This document shows positions 8,888-18,540 of a stretch of 44,219 bases of DNA, in pieces. Where the stretch lies: the IMG/VR virus record IMGVR_UViG_3300033757_000175. One strand, 5' to 3'. The notes beneath the pieces are model-generated. The model had not been told where the DNA came from and did not search any database. It saw only the letters and a list, made by a program, of their open reading frames with translations. Both the position numbers and the translations under genes were made by a program. Position 1 is the stretch's first letter; each line of letters opens with the position of its first letter. Source of the DNA: a virus.

Positions 8888-9652
8888 ATGAGTAGACTTG
8901 ATCTAACTTTTGCAGATATTTACAATCAAGTCAGTGACTTTCTTGGCCTTGGCACTTCTCCATCTGGAACAAATTTGACCAAGGTTAAGAATATTATCTA
9001 TCGAGCTTATCGACAATTTTTGTTTCCACTGCATCCTATCACTAAGCGGAAGCATACTTGGTCCTTTTTGAAGAAGTCATTTCATCTTGTCACTAAAGCT
9101 GGAATCTGGAAGTATCAGCTTCCTAATGATTTTGATGAAATGATTGGTTTTCCACAATATGGAGATGCCGAGCCATATAGTGAATTAATTAAAGTCAATC
9201 CAGACATGATTTTGTCCAAGCGTGCCGTTGCTTCAGTGTCTTCTTTTCCTACAGAGTATGCTCTTTATCCTGTGTCACAAGATGCAGAAATTGGTACTAC
9301 TTGGGAAATTTGGTTGTGGCCGGAACCTAATGGCAGTAATAATCTGATTTTTACATATCTTGTCAATCCTCCCAAACCGGAAAATACTGCTGATCTAATT
9401 CTTGGTGGCACAAGGGCCGGTGAGGTGTTATTGGAAATGGCTTATGCTGTGGCCGAAGCACAGGAGGAAAACAAGATTGGTATTCATGCTCAGATTGCTT
9501 CTGAGATGTTGACTGCCATGATTCTAGCCGATGTTACTGGCACGGCGGATTTTCTTGGAAAAGTCACTAATGGTGAGCAGTCAGAAATTGTCCTACGTGG
9601 CTTCGCTAGATACGGCACTGGCACTGATTGGTTATATGCTGCTGATAGATAA
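8888..9652 (+). CDS. Head-completion/adaptor-type structural protein candidate
   Basis: 254-aa ORF, first after the capsid terminator. Assignment is by position only. Confidence 0.4.
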   Translation: MSRLDLTFADIYNQVSDFLGLGTSPSGTNLTKVKNIIYRAYRQFLFPLHPITKRKHTWSFLKKSFHLVTKAGIWKYQLPNDFDEMIGFPQYGDAEPYSELIKVNPDMILSKRAVASVSSFPTEYALYPVSQDAEIGTTWEIWLWPEPNGSNNLIFTYLVNPPKPENTADLILGGTRAGEVLLEMAYAVAEAQEENKIGIHAQIASEMLTAMILADVTGTADFLGKVTNGEQSEIVLRGFARYGTGTDWLYAADR

Positions 9653-9668
9653 AATGAAAGGTTATTAA

Positions 9669-10163
9669 ATGAGTTCTGCTAGATATTTGAATGTCAACCT
9701 TGAGCGTTCTCCTGTTGGTCTTGGTCTGCGGAAGGTTGCACAGTGGGTTGACTATTCTGACTTTACAGATGGCGGAAGCACTGCTGGTACTATTACGCTT
9801 GATAAACAGATTCCTGCTGGCAGTTTTGTGATTGGAAGTAAGGTACATGTTGTCACTGGGTTCACTGGTGATACTTCCTGTGTCTTGGATATTGGTGATG
9901 GCAGTGATGCCGACGCTTTTTCGCTCACTACTCACAATATCTATACGGCTGCTGACAACCTGATGGAAGTCTGTGACGTTACTGGTTTGGGTGATGCCGG
10001 CCTGGTGCCTATTTCCACAGATACGTCAGTTGTGCTCACTGCAACTAGTGCCAGTGATTGGACTAGTGTTAGTGCTGGTAGACTCTTCGTTGAGGTTTTC
10101 TATCTGAGCACGAATGTTGAATTGGATGAATCCTATCCTAATCGTCTGGCTAAGTCTATTTAA
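9669..10163 (+). CDS. Hypothetical structural protein (164 aa)
   Basis: Clean ORF in the late arm; beta-rich composition. Confidence 0.5.
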   Translation: MSSARYLNVNLERSPVGLGLRKVAQWVDYSDFTDGGSTAGTITLDKQIPAGSFVIGSKVHVVTGFTGDTSCVLDIGDGSDADAFSLTTHNIYTAADNLMEVCDVTGLGDAGLVPISTDTSVVLTATSASDWTSVSAGRLFVEVFYLSTNVELDESYPNRLAKSI

Positions 10164-10173
10164 GGAGATTACT

Positions 10174-10272
10174 GTGTTGAATCTGTTGATTTCTATGGCT
10201 GTTGGTGTGGTCCTTTGGGAAGTTATTGTTAAGAAAATTGTGGCTAAGATTTGGGAGAAATGGGGGATTTAA
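10174..10272 (+). CDS. Mini membrane protein (32 aa), absent from the ORF track
   Basis: AAGGAG lies 6 nt upstream of GTG 10174. Translation (M)LNLLISMAVGVVLWEVIVKKIVAKIWEKWGI. The stop abuts the next ATG. Confidence 0.4.
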   Translation: MLNLLISMAVGVVLWEVIVKKIVAKIWEKWGI

Positions 10273-10611
10273 ATGGCTGACACAAAATATGCCAACACAA
10301 GAACCAATCTTGTGAATACCGGTGGTGGTTCCGTGCGAATGACCATTTCATCTAATGTGGCACAGGGCAACAACGGGACTTCTCTTCCCTGCAAGAGTGT
10401 TTATCTAGTTGCTTCTGCTGCTACTGTTAGAGTGACAATTGGTACGGCATGTACAGCCACCACTGGTATCCCCCTTCCCTGGATTGAAGCTATTGGGGCT
10501 AATACTGGTGGTATGTGGGGAGCACTAAAGATTGATATTGATGATGTTTCTAAACTGTATTTTTATGGTTCTGCTGGTAATGAAACTATAGATTGTCTGT
10601 ATGTGAGTTAA
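10273..10611 (+). CDS. Hypothetical structural protein (112 aa)
   Basis: ORF abuts the upstream stop (TAA-ATG); G/T/A-rich beta-type composition. Confidence 0.5.
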   Translation: MADTKYANTRTNLVNTGGGSVRMTISSNVAQGNNGTSLPCKSVYLVASAATVRVTIGTACTATTGIPLPWIEAIGANTGGMWGALKIDIDDVSKLYFYGSAGNETIDCLYVS

Positions 10612-10612
10612 C

Positions 10613-10816
10613 ATGGCAAAGAAAGAAAAATTGCCTGAGTATGGCACTGATGACTTAAAGCTATTGCTTGCACTAAGAAAAGGTGCTCAAGCCAGAAAAG
10701 AAGTGATGGACATTTATAGTGGACTCTCGGCTTCTGAGAAGAAAAAGGTCGTAGAGGAAACTAAGGGAATGTCTATGGAACAAAGAGCAGAATATCTTAG
10801 AAAGAGAAAAAAGTAA
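10613..10816 (+). CDS. Small lysine-rich protein (67 aa)
   Basis: ORF starts 2 nt after the upstream stop, with a TAATG overlap to the next gene. Confidence 0.5.
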   Translation: MAKKEKLPEYGTDDLKLLLALRKGAQARKEVMDIYSGLSASEKKKVVEETKGMSMEQRAEYLRKRKK

Positions 10817-11070
10817 TGTCTCTCAAGCGTGATCGTAAAAATCAAGAAGAATATCAGAAGTATCTTGAAAAAGTCGGAATCAACAAGAATACAATGACTT
10901 ATTATCAGTATACTCATAGGGGAGATAAGGATAGTAAATCTGCTGACAATAAGCCGTCCAAACAGGAAGCTCCTTTGAAGAGAATTAAACGGCATCGACA
11001 AGAGGAAAAGGAAGCAATTGAGGAGGCTCTGTCCAAAGAGGAATTGAAGAGATTGGGTTATAGGGGTTAA
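10816..11070 (+). CDS. Small basic K/E-rich protein (84 aa)
   Basis: Coupled ORF of highly charged composition; a possible DNA-associated internal protein. Confidence 0.45.
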   Translation: MSLKRDRKNQEEYQKYLEKVGINKNTMTYYQYTHRGDKDSKSADNKPSKQEAPLKRIKRHRQEEKEAIEEALSKEELKRLGYRG

Positions 11071-11071
11071 A

Positions 11072-11305
11072 ATGAATTCACCAACTTTTCCACTTCCTAT
11101 AAAGGGTATTAATAAAGGTAATGCTGTTTGTACTACTCCTTCTGAGTATAGTTCTGACATGAATAATGTCCGTCCTACAGATGTACAGGGAGGCAGGCAG
11201 CGTTTGGGGAAACGTCCCGGTCTTGTTAAATGGGGTGAAGGGACGCAAATAGGCTCTATTGAAGAACCAGTTGTAGCTATTGCTGCAATTAACAGGGTAA
11301 GTTAA
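11072..11305 (+). CDS. Hypothetical protein (77 aa)
   Basis: ORF preceded by TAGGGGTTAAA-ATG. Confidence 0.45.
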   Translation: MNSPTFPLPIKGINKGNAVCTTPSEYSSDMNNVRPTDVQGGRQRLGKRPGLVKWGEGTQIGSIEEPVVAIAAINRVS

Positions 11306-11307
11306 AC

Positions 11308-12561
11308 ATGGCTACAGTCAATTCTATTAGTTTGTACTTGGCCAGGACCCATTCCTCCGATTCTTGTTATGTTGGGGTTGGGTTGTATGCACCTGGGAAT
11401 ATCTTTATTGGCAATACTGCTTTGGTAGACTATGATAATATACCACATACTGTCACTGGCCCTTCGTGGATTACGTTTACATTTGACATTCCTGTTACTG
11501 TTTCGGTTACTGGCTGGTATGTGATTCGGCTTTTCATCTCACCACACACTAGCTATGATATGATGGGTTTGAGGTGGTATGGTGCATCGGATTGGATAGA
11601 GAAACCTGCTGAAGCTCCCTTTACAGGTAGTGAGCACGCCGTTATCGCTGGTACTTCGCCGACACGGGCTTACGACATGAGTGTAGAGGGATTTACGGCT
11701 AACTATGCCAGAGAAACCACAGCCGATTGGTATTCACAGAGTGATAATGGGATGGAAATTCAGACTTATCTTGAGATTGAACCCGAAGGTCTGACCAAAC
11801 CTAAGAACCCCACTCCTGCTGATTCAATTTCTGCTGGCGCTGATTTCTCTGATTTTTCTCTTGGCTGGGAAAATGGAGGAGGTGCTGTACAGTACAAATT
11901 GTATATTGGTGATTCTCCACTTACTCTTCAATTATTTGCTACTCTAGACGAAGAAGGATATTATGTGTCGCCAGGCTCCCTCGCTAGAGCTTATATTCTT
12001 GCTATTCAAGGTGTAGTGTATTGGAGAGTAGATGCTCTAGATGATGAGGAGAATGTGGTAACTGGCGATATTTGGAGGTTTGATCCGAGACCAGCTAAAG
12101 CTCATACTCCTACTCCATCTTCTGGGGCAACAAACCAGAAACTAACTCAAACGCTTGGATGGGAAGCTGGAGCCGGTGCTGCAACTACTAAATATAATCT
12201 GTATGGCTCTAATGGATTATCCGTTCCTAATATAGAAAGTACAAGTTATTCTCTTCCAACCAGGTATTTGAAGTATAATACTACATTTTCATGGCGAGTA
12301 GATGCTAAAAATCAGTTTGGCACTACTACTGGTGATACATGGTCTTTTACTACTATTCCTATTTTTCCACCAATGTCTACTAATACCTATAATGGACAGT
12401 ATTATAGATTACTGATAAAAGAAGATGGAATAGTTGGCACTTCTCCTGCTGATGGTGGTGTTGAAGATGTTGATTTTATTTATGTAGATGGGCCAAATTT
12501 GATTACTGTACATAAATATCTTGTCGCTGCTGCCAAAAATAGAATTTATTATGAAATATAG
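11308..12561 (+). CDS. Tail/fibre-associated protein with two tandem Fn3/Ig-like modules
   Basis: Internal protein repeat: W-ENGGGAVQYKLYIG...VYWRVDALDDEENVVTGDIWRFD versus W-EAGAGAATTKYNLYGS...FSWRVDAKNQFGTTTGDTWSFTT. Confidence 0.55.
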   Translation: MATVNSISLYLARTHSSDSCYVGVGLYAPGNIFIGNTALVDYDNIPHTVTGPSWITFTFDIPVTVSVTGWYVIRLFISPHTSYDMMGLRWYGASDWIEKPAEAPFTGSEHAVIAGTSPTRAYDMSVEGFTANYARETTADWYSQSDNGMEIQTYLEIEPEGLTKPKNPTPADSISAGADFSDFSLGWENGGGAVQYKLYIGDSPLTLQLFATLDEEGYYVSPGSLARAYILAIQGVVYWRVDALDDEENVVTGDIWRFDPRPAKAHTPTPSSGATNQKLTQTLGWEAGAGAATTKYNLYGSNGLSVPNIESTSYSLPTRYLKYNTTFSWRVDAKNQFGTTTGDTWSFTTIPIFPPMSTNTYNGQYYRLLIKEDGIVGTSPADGGVEDVDFIYVDGPNLITVHKYLVAAAKNRIYYEI

Positions 12562-12569
12562 GATTAAAT

Positions 12570-12947
12570 ATGTCTTTAAGCAACTATGGTGAAAATTATT
12601 ATCTAGATTCTATGTTCGAAGTTTCTGGTTTGTATGTTGGATTATCCAGGGCTGATCCTACGGAGGATGGTTCAGGCCTTGATGAACCTTCTGGAAATGG
12701 ATATGCCAGAGTAAGTATTTCTGGGAGTACGTGGAATGCTGCAAGTGATGGAAGTAAAACCAATGGCACGGCTATTACATTTCCAACAGCCACAGGTAGT
12801 TGGGGTACTATAACACACATGGGAATTTTTGATGCTGCAACTTCTGGAAATCTGTTGTGGAGCACTGAGTTGACTTCCTCAAAAGGGATAACGACTGGGC
12901 AAACATTACAATTTCCAGCTTCCTCTGTTACTATTACTCTTAACTAA
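12570..12947 (+). CDS. Conserved small phage fibre-associated protein (125 aa)
   Basis: Pattern ...ADPTEDGSGLDEPSGNGYARV...ITFPTATGSWGTITHMGIFDAATSGNLLW...LQFPASSVTITL. It matches a widespread phage protein type that I recall but cannot name. Confidence 0.5.
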   Translation: MSLSNYGENYYLDSMFEVSGLYVGLSRADPTEDGSGLDEPSGNGYARVSISGSTWNAASDGSKTNGTAITFPTATGSWGTITHMGIFDAATSGNLLWSTELTSSKGITTGQTLQFPASSVTITLN

Positions 12948-12955
12948 GGTGATTT

Positions 12956-14185
12956 ATGGCTTTGAATGCGTCTACAGTTTGGGAAGTTAGAAGTACTGGC
13001 TCTCAAACTAATGGTGGTGGTTTCTATAATAGAAATCCAGGCACTTCAATTGACTATTCTCAGCAGGATTCTCCCCAACTCTCTCTGTCTGATATTGCTA
13101 CAGATACTGCTGGAACTGGATTAAGCAGTGCTACTGGTGGCTTTACTGCTGCAATGGTTGGTAACATTATTTATATTACTGGTGGTGGCACTACTACAGG
13201 ATGGTATGAAATTGTTTCCTATACAGATGGAAATAATGTTACCATTGACCGCTCTGCCGGTGCCAGCAAAACAGCTGTTACTGGAAATGTAGGTGGTGCG
13301 TTCAAAATTGGTGGCAGTTTGGATGGAGACTTTTTTTCCGGCAGTAATAAAGTGGCAGGCAATACTGTTTATATAAAAGCTGGCTCCTATACTTTAGGTG
13401 AAACTATTACTAATGTGACTGGAACTGTAGCTCTGCCAATTATTATTTGTGGCTATAATACTAGTCGAAATGATGAACCAATAGGAGATAACAGACCATT
13501 AATAGACTGTGGTTCATATATCTTCTATACAAATAATTATCATATTCTCAAAAACATAAGATTCACTGGAACTTCTACTTCAGTGGTTACGGCTGGTGGT
13601 TCTAGTATTGTCTATAACTGTAAGGCTGTAAATACCAGTGGAACTGCTCTTAGATATGGTTTTTATGGCTCAAACAACAGCATCATGCTTTTAAAATGTG
13701 AAGCTGTCAGTACTAATGGTTATGCCATTTCTTTTTCTTCTTATGATACTGTTATACAATATTGTTATATTCATGACAGTTCCAGTGGGATTCTTGCAGC
13801 TACAGTTTTGAATTGTGTTGTTGCTAATTGTTCAGGGCAGGGAATAGCTGCGGGCAGTCAATCTAAATTTATTATTGGCAATACTATTTATGGGTGTGGC
13901 ACTGGCATCAACTTTAATACGTATGCTCCAATAACAATAAATAATATTATCTCTGGCTGTACTACTGGCATGTCAGCTGGTTCTGAAGGATTGTATAGAA
14001 ATGGTGTTATAAAAAATAACTGTCTGTATAATACAACCGATTTATCTAATGTTACGCTTGATGCAACAAATATGTTAGCCACCAATCCACTGCTTAATAA
14101 TCCTTCGTCTGGTGATTTTACTTTACAGTCTGGTAGTCCTTGCTTTGATGCTGGTATGCAGCCTGATTCTATGATTGGTTTGTAG
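12956..14185 (+). CDS. Right-handed parallel beta-helix protein (tailspike/depolymerase candidate)
   Basis: Repeated short G/N/I/T-rich rungs with periodic C and N (e.g. NCKAVNTSGTAL, KCEAVSTNGYAI, NCVVANCSGQGIAAG, IYGCGTGINF, ISGCTTGMSAG) are typical of pectate-lyase-fold repeats. Confidence 0.65.
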   Translation: MALNASTVWEVRSTGSQTNGGGFYNRNPGTSIDYSQQDSPQLSLSDIATDTAGTGLSSATGGFTAAMVGNIIYITGGGTTTGWYEIVSYTDGNNVTIDRSAGASKTAVTGNVGGAFKIGGSLDGDFFSGSNKVAGNTVYIKAGSYTLGETITNVTGTVALPIIICGYNTSRNDEPIGDNRPLIDCGSYIFYTNNYHILKNIRFTGTSTSVVTAGGSSIVYNCKAVNTSGTALRYGFYGSNNSIMLLKCEAVSTNGYAISFSSYDTVIQYCYIHDSSSGILAATVLNCVVANCSGQGIAAGSQSKFIIGNTIYGCGTGINFNTYAPITINNIISGCTTGMSAGSEGLYRNGVIKNNCLYNTTDLSNVTLDATNMLATNPLLNNPSSGDFTLQSGSPCFDAGMQPDSMIGL

Positions 14186-14186
14186 T

Positions 14187-14483
14187 ATGGCAGAATATAA
14201 ATGGAATATTGGTGCCTATCAAAATGATTCCTCTGGTTTAGACTATAGCTGGAATATAGGAGTCGATCAGTCCGGTGGCACTGTTGTAGTCGAAGGTGCT
14301 GCATCCTTTAGTGGAGCTGGAAGTATTGTAGCTTCTGCTGATGTTTTGGACTATATTACATCAGGAGCTAATTTTTCTGGAACTAGTGATATTCAAGCAA
14401 TGGCAACTGCTAACCTTAGACCATTGAACTATCGATCTACATTAGTGGTGGCTGGGTATAATGCAATATGGTATGAGGAATAA
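14187..14483 (+). CDS. Hypothetical protein (98 aa) with WNIG repeat
   Basis: ATG 14187 lies just after the TAG of the spike gene. It contains KWNIGAYQ and SWNIGVDQ. ORF-track TTG start trimmed. Confidence 0.5.
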   Translation: MAEYKWNIGAYQNDSSGLDYSWNIGVDQSGGTVVVEGAASFSGAGSIVASADVLDYITSGANFSGTSDIQAMATANLRPLNYRSTLVVAGYNAIWYEE

Positions 14484-14485
14484 AC

Positions 14486-15985
14486 ATGGCTGGTACATTT
14501 GTCGAACTTTCGGATTCAGTAGGTGATGTTGATACCTCTGACCAACTTGATATGTTTGAAGCCTTTGGCAAAATTATGGTTGTCAATGGAGCTAATCTGA
14601 AAGTAGCAGATTTTATCAATACGAAATTGACACACACTACCTTGACGACGGCTCATGCTCACGGTGATGTTATCACACAAGCCACTACTGGTGCTCAAAT
14701 GATTGTTGATTTTACAGATTCAACAAAAACTCATACCTATGGATTTGTGTCCAATGGAACTTTTGATACTGCACATACTGTGAGTGGCTCAGGAAGTGGT
14801 ACATCTTTTACTCCATCTGCTGTGGCTTCTAATCCACACTGGTATGATTGGACTGTCTACCCCGGTGGTACTTCGGGAGCAATGCCAGAAAAGGCTTATC
14901 TTGGGTGTCTGTACAGGGGACGTTGTGTCTTGAGTGGCAATCCTAATTATCCATATCAGTGGTATATGAGTAGGCAAGCCAATCCTTGGGATTGGGCCTA
15001 TACTGCCAATGATGCCCAAAGTCCTGTTGCTGGACAAGATGCAGATGCTGGTGAAATGGGTGACATCATTACTGCCTTGATTCCTTATAGTGATGAATAT
15101 CTTATTTTTGGTTGTATTAATAGTATTTGGGTGTTGAAGGGTGATCCTGCCGAAGGTGGTACTCTACAGGAAGTTGACTTAACTAAGGGCATATTTGGTG
15201 CTAGAAGTTGGTGTTTTGATGGAGATAGAAACCTCTATTTTGCATCTAGTTCTGGTATCCATGTATTGCCAGTTGGGTTTAATCCTATTAAGAACATTAC
15301 AAAGAGTGTGCTTCCTAATATTTTTACAGACTTGTCTGTTAATTCTGACACACATAGAGTTTTGCTAGGATATGATCCAATAAGAGATGGAGTTCTTATT
15401 ACAATTACCACACTGGCTACAGGAGCTAATATTTGCTACTATTATGATATTGCGAAAAAAGGATTTTTCCCTGAGTCTTATCCGGATTCTTGTGGTGTTT
15501 ACTCTATGTTTTATTATAATGCAGTTGATCCTACCTATTCTGGATTGCTGCTGGGCTCTACAGACGGTTTTATCAGGACACATGATGACTCCTCTAAAAA
15601 TGATGAATCTACAAATTCAAGTGTAGCCATCGATGCAAATGTACTATTGCCTATTATTGAAACACAGGATAATACCAATAAAGTTAAGCTAGTGTCTACT
15701 ACTGTAGTGCTGAGTGGTGGTGCCTCTAGTGGAACCTATTCTGATTCTAATAGTGCTACTATTGAAGTCTATACTGGCAACAGTGCAGAAGAAGTTCTTG
15801 AATCTTTTAATGATGGAGATACTCCACTGCAATCTGATGTAGTTACTGGTCCTGGTAAAGCTAATAGAATCAGGAATCGAGCTACTGGTAATGCTATAGC
15901 AATTAACATTAAAAATAATACGGCTGGTGAATCTTTCTCCATTGAAAATATTGCTGGCCATCTTGAGGAAGTAGAAAGGTATTAA
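14486..15985 (+). CDS. Tail-associated structural protein (499 aa), function unresolved
   Basis: GAGGAATAAAC-ATG start; large beta-rich ORF between the spike and fibre genes. Confidence 0.5.
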   Translation: MAGTFVELSDSVGDVDTSDQLDMFEAFGKIMVVNGANLKVADFINTKLTHTTLTTAHAHGDVITQATTGAQMIVDFTDSTKTHTYGFVSNGTFDTAHTVSGSGSGTSFTPSAVASNPHWYDWTVYPGGTSGAMPEKAYLGCLYRGRCVLSGNPNYPYQWYMSRQANPWDWAYTANDAQSPVAGQDADAGEMGDIITALIPYSDEYLIFGCINSIWVLKGDPAEGGTLQEVDLTKGIFGARSWCFDGDRNLYFASSSGIHVLPVGFNPIKNITKSVLPNIFTDLSVNSDTHRVLLGYDPIRDGVLITITTLATGANICYYYDIAKKGFFPESYPDSCGVYSMFYYNAVDPTYSGLLLGSTDGFIRTHDDSSKNDESTNSSVAIDANVLLPIIETQDNTNKVKLVSTTVVLSGGASSGTYSDSNSATIEVYTGNSAEEVLESFNDGDTPLQSDVVTGPGKANRIRNRATGNAIAINIKNNTAGESFSIENIAGHLEEVERY

Positions 15986-16543
15986 ATGGCTACAATTTCA
16001 TACAATTCTAACCTTAAAAAACCAACTATCTCTCAATTTGTCGAGCCACTAGGTGGTATGGGAGGTGGCACCTGGACTAACTATGGTGCATACTATGATG
16101 CTCTCAATAAGTATGAAGAGGACCAAAAGAAATACTATTTGAATCAGATATCTAAACTTGAAGCTGAGCAAGAAAAGAAAACCAAGGCTAGAGAGAATGA
16201 AGTGCGTAGCATTCTGGACGAAATTATCAGAATGTACGGTCCAGAAGGCAGCTATGGACAGAGCCAACTCACTATGATTGAACAGCAGAAGAGTAAGGAT
16301 ATTGCTGCTGCCCAACAGAGTTTGGTTTCCTCTGGTCTGTATGGCACTACTCTTACTGCTGGTTTGCCCAGTAAATGGGAACAAGAGGTTGGTATGCCTG
16401 CCAGACAGAAATTGGAAGACTTGAAGGCTGAGAAACTTGCTTCTGCAAAAGCCGCCAAAGCTCAGTTTATTACTGATATTCAAGAAACTCCTATTGATTA
16501 TAGTCTGCTAACGCAGTTGTTGACGGCTGGCTATGGAGCGTAA
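15986..16543 (+). CDS. Hypothetical coiled-coil protein (185 aa)
   Basis: The ATG abuts the upstream TAA; E/K/Q-rich helical centre. Confidence 0.5.
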   Translation: MATISYNSNLKKPTISQFVEPLGGMGGGTWTNYGAYYDALNKYEEDQKKYYLNQISKLEAEQEKKTKARENEVRSILDEIIRMYGPEGSYGQSQLTMIEQQKSKDIAAAQQSLVSSGLYGTTLTAGLPSKWEQEVGMPARQKLEDLKAEKLASAKAAKAQFITDIQETPIDYSLLTQLLTAGYGA

Positions 16544-16546
16544 AAA

Positions 16547-18505
16547 ATGTCACAAGGAATTCCATATATTCCTGAAATTAAATCTGGGGATTGGGCTTCT
16601 GTCCAGGAAGCAAATAAAGTCACTGCGAAAGCTCTTCGCAAGTTGTCTGCATTTCTACTTGGTCCAAATGCCAATCCTACATTCAGTAGCTTGAATGTTA
16701 CTGATATTATTTCCAGTAATTTGACAATTGATACCTTGAGTGGAGTTCTAAAAGCTTCTTCAGGGGTTGTGTCTGGCTCAGCTACGCTTGATGATGTTTC
16801 AGATGGAACTAGTTATAAGCGTGTTGCCGCGAATCAGCTTTCTAGTGGAGTCTATATCAATGCCACAACCACTACAAAAGGTATTGCGTCCTTCAATTCC
16901 TCTAACTTTTCTGTAACAGATGGAGTTGTATCTCTTGCTTCTGGTGGAGGTGGACTTAGTCATAATGATCTTAGTGGTTTGCAGGGTGGAGCCAGTGGAG
17001 AATATTATCATCTGACTTCCGCTCAAGTCTCTAATTTGCATGTGCCCGTAACGCTTGGTACAGCCAATGGACTTACTCTCTCTGAACAAGAACTTAGTTT
17101 GCCTACTTCGGCTGAGCCTCAATTACAAGGTTTGACGGTCCTCAAAGAAAGCTCTTCTGCTATCGTATTGCTGCAAACCTATTGTGATAGTTCTAATGGT
17201 TGCTCATTCAATGGCTATCATTACCGTGGTACTGTTGCTTCTCCTACTACTGTGCAGAACGATGATCTATTGTACCAAATTGCTGGAGGTGGTTATAGTG
17301 CTGCTGCTGGCAATGTAATCTTGGCTGGTGCGGTTAGGGTTTATGCAGATGGTGAATGGGACACTAGTGGTGATGCTTCTGATGCACCTGGTAGACTTTC
17401 GTTCTGGACTACGCCAGATGGTTCTGACACCTTGACAGAGCGGATGCGAATTGACAATAGTGGGTTAGTACTAATCGGTAAAACGACTGGATCAGAAAAA
17501 CTTGAAGTAGCTGGAAAGATTCGGGCTGACACTGCTTTTAATCTTAATGGGTCTGATGTAATCACTACTACTGCTGGTTTAACTCATGGTATATTCAGTG
17601 GTGGCATGATCGTAGGGAGCAATAAGTCCGTTATTGCTGGTGGTATTCAATTTGCACGAGCCAGCACTGCTGAGCCGTTCATTTTGCTTCAGAATGATGG
17701 TGGTAACAACAATCTTGCTCAATGGAGAGGTGTTAATGGTGGTGGTTGTAGATGGACAAATGGTGCCTCCTCTGTTGAATGGATGAAATTGAGTAGTACA
17801 GGTGATTTGTCAGTTGATACAGATACTCTCTATATCGATGCGACTAATCATCGTGTTGGTATCAATACTTCTACTCCAGGCTATCAATTTGAAATTATAG
17901 CTGATTCTAATACATCGTTTGCCTGTCATCGGAATAGCAATTGGTTATATTATACTTTGTATACTTATTCTGATACAGCTAGCCATTGTCCATATTTTAC
18001 TATGTCTCATTATCGGGGATCGAAGGCAAGTCCCGGAAATACAGTCAATGGCGATATTCTTGGAATATTGAATTTCCAAGGTTACTATGGTGCAGCTAAA
18101 AATTCGGCTCAAATAGTAGGTTTTGCTGATGGTGAATGGGGCACTGGTGGTGACACCACAGACTGTCCTGGTGGACTTTCTTTTTGGACTAAGCCAGATG
18201 GTTCTGACACCTTGACAGAAAAAATGAGAATCACTAATGGAGGGTCGATTCTTATTGGCAAAACTTCTGGGTCTGAAAAACTTGAGGTGGCTGGAAAGAT
18301 TAGAGCAGATACTGCTTTCAACCTCAATGGTACTGATGGTGTTACTCAAGCCTCTTCTGCTGGCAAGATTTGTGATGTTACTGCCTTGGCTGGTGGTATT
18401 GCTACTGCACAAACCCAAGTTACGCCAATTGCTGATGGCGTGCATAGTCTGTCAGGAATCACTAGCATCACAACCGTTAATGGTCGTATTACCGCGATGT
18501 CCTGA
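16547..18505 (+). CDS. Tail fibre protein with duplicated about 125-aa C-terminal module
   Basis: Fibre-type motifs (SHNDLSGLQGGASGEYYHLTSAQ; ...RMRIDNSGLVLIGKTTGSEKLEVAGKIRA). The module is repeated with a 780-nt offset. Confidence 0.75.
   Translation: MSQGIPYIPEIKSGDWASVQEANKVTAKALRKLSAFLLGPNANPTFSSLNVTDIISSNLTIDTLSGVLKASSGVVSGSATLDDVSDGTSYKRVAANQLSSGVYINATTTTKGIASFNSSNFSVTDGVVSLASGGGGLSHNDLSGLQGGASGEYYHLTSAQVSNLHVPVTLGTANGLTLSEQELSLPTSAEPQLQGLTVLKESSSAIVLLQTYCDSSNGCSFNGYHYRGTVASPTTVQNDDLLYQIAGGGYSAAAGNVILAGAVRVYADGEWDTSGDASDAPGRLSFWTTPDGSDTLTERMRIDNSGLVLIGKTTGSEKLEVAGKIRADTAFNLNGSDVITTTAGLTHGIFSGGMIVGSNKSVIAGGIQFARASTAEPFILLQNDGGNNNLAQWRGVNGGGCRWTNGASSVEWMKLSSTGDLSVDTDTLYIDATNHRVGINTSTPGYQFEIIADSNTSFACHRNSNWLYYTLYTYSDTASHCPYFTMSHYRGSKASPGNTVNGDILGILNFQGYYGAAKNSAQIVGFADGEWGTGGDTTDCPGGLSFWTKPDGSDTLTEKMRITNGGSILIGKTSGSEKLEVAGKIRADTAFNLNGTDGVTQASSAGKICDVTALAGGIATAQTQVTPIADGVHSLSGITSITTVNGRITAMS
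17345..17550 (+). repeat. Copy 1 of an intragenic direct repeat in the tail fibre gene
   Basis: Aligns without gaps to 18125-18330 and is clearly related though diverged. It includes a 26-nt identical core ccagatggttctgacaccttgacaga (17414-17439 = 18194-18219). Confidence 0.85.
18125..18330 (+). repeat. Copy 2 of an intragenic direct repeat in the tail fibre gene
   Basis: See copy 1. Protein level: GEWGTGGDTTDCPGGLSFWTKPDGSDTLTEKMRITNGGSILIGKTSGSEKLEVAGKIRADTAFNLNG. Confidence 0.85.
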
Positions 18506-18540
18506 TCTTGAATGTAATTTATTTTAAAGGTAGATATTCA

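Noticed and set aside
16547-18505. Diversity-generating retroelement (template/variable repeat) as the explanation for the tail-fibre repeat
   Set aside because: No reverse transcriptase is encoded. The differences between copies are not adenine-specific, since transitions and transversions occur at all bases. Both copies also lie inside the same gene.
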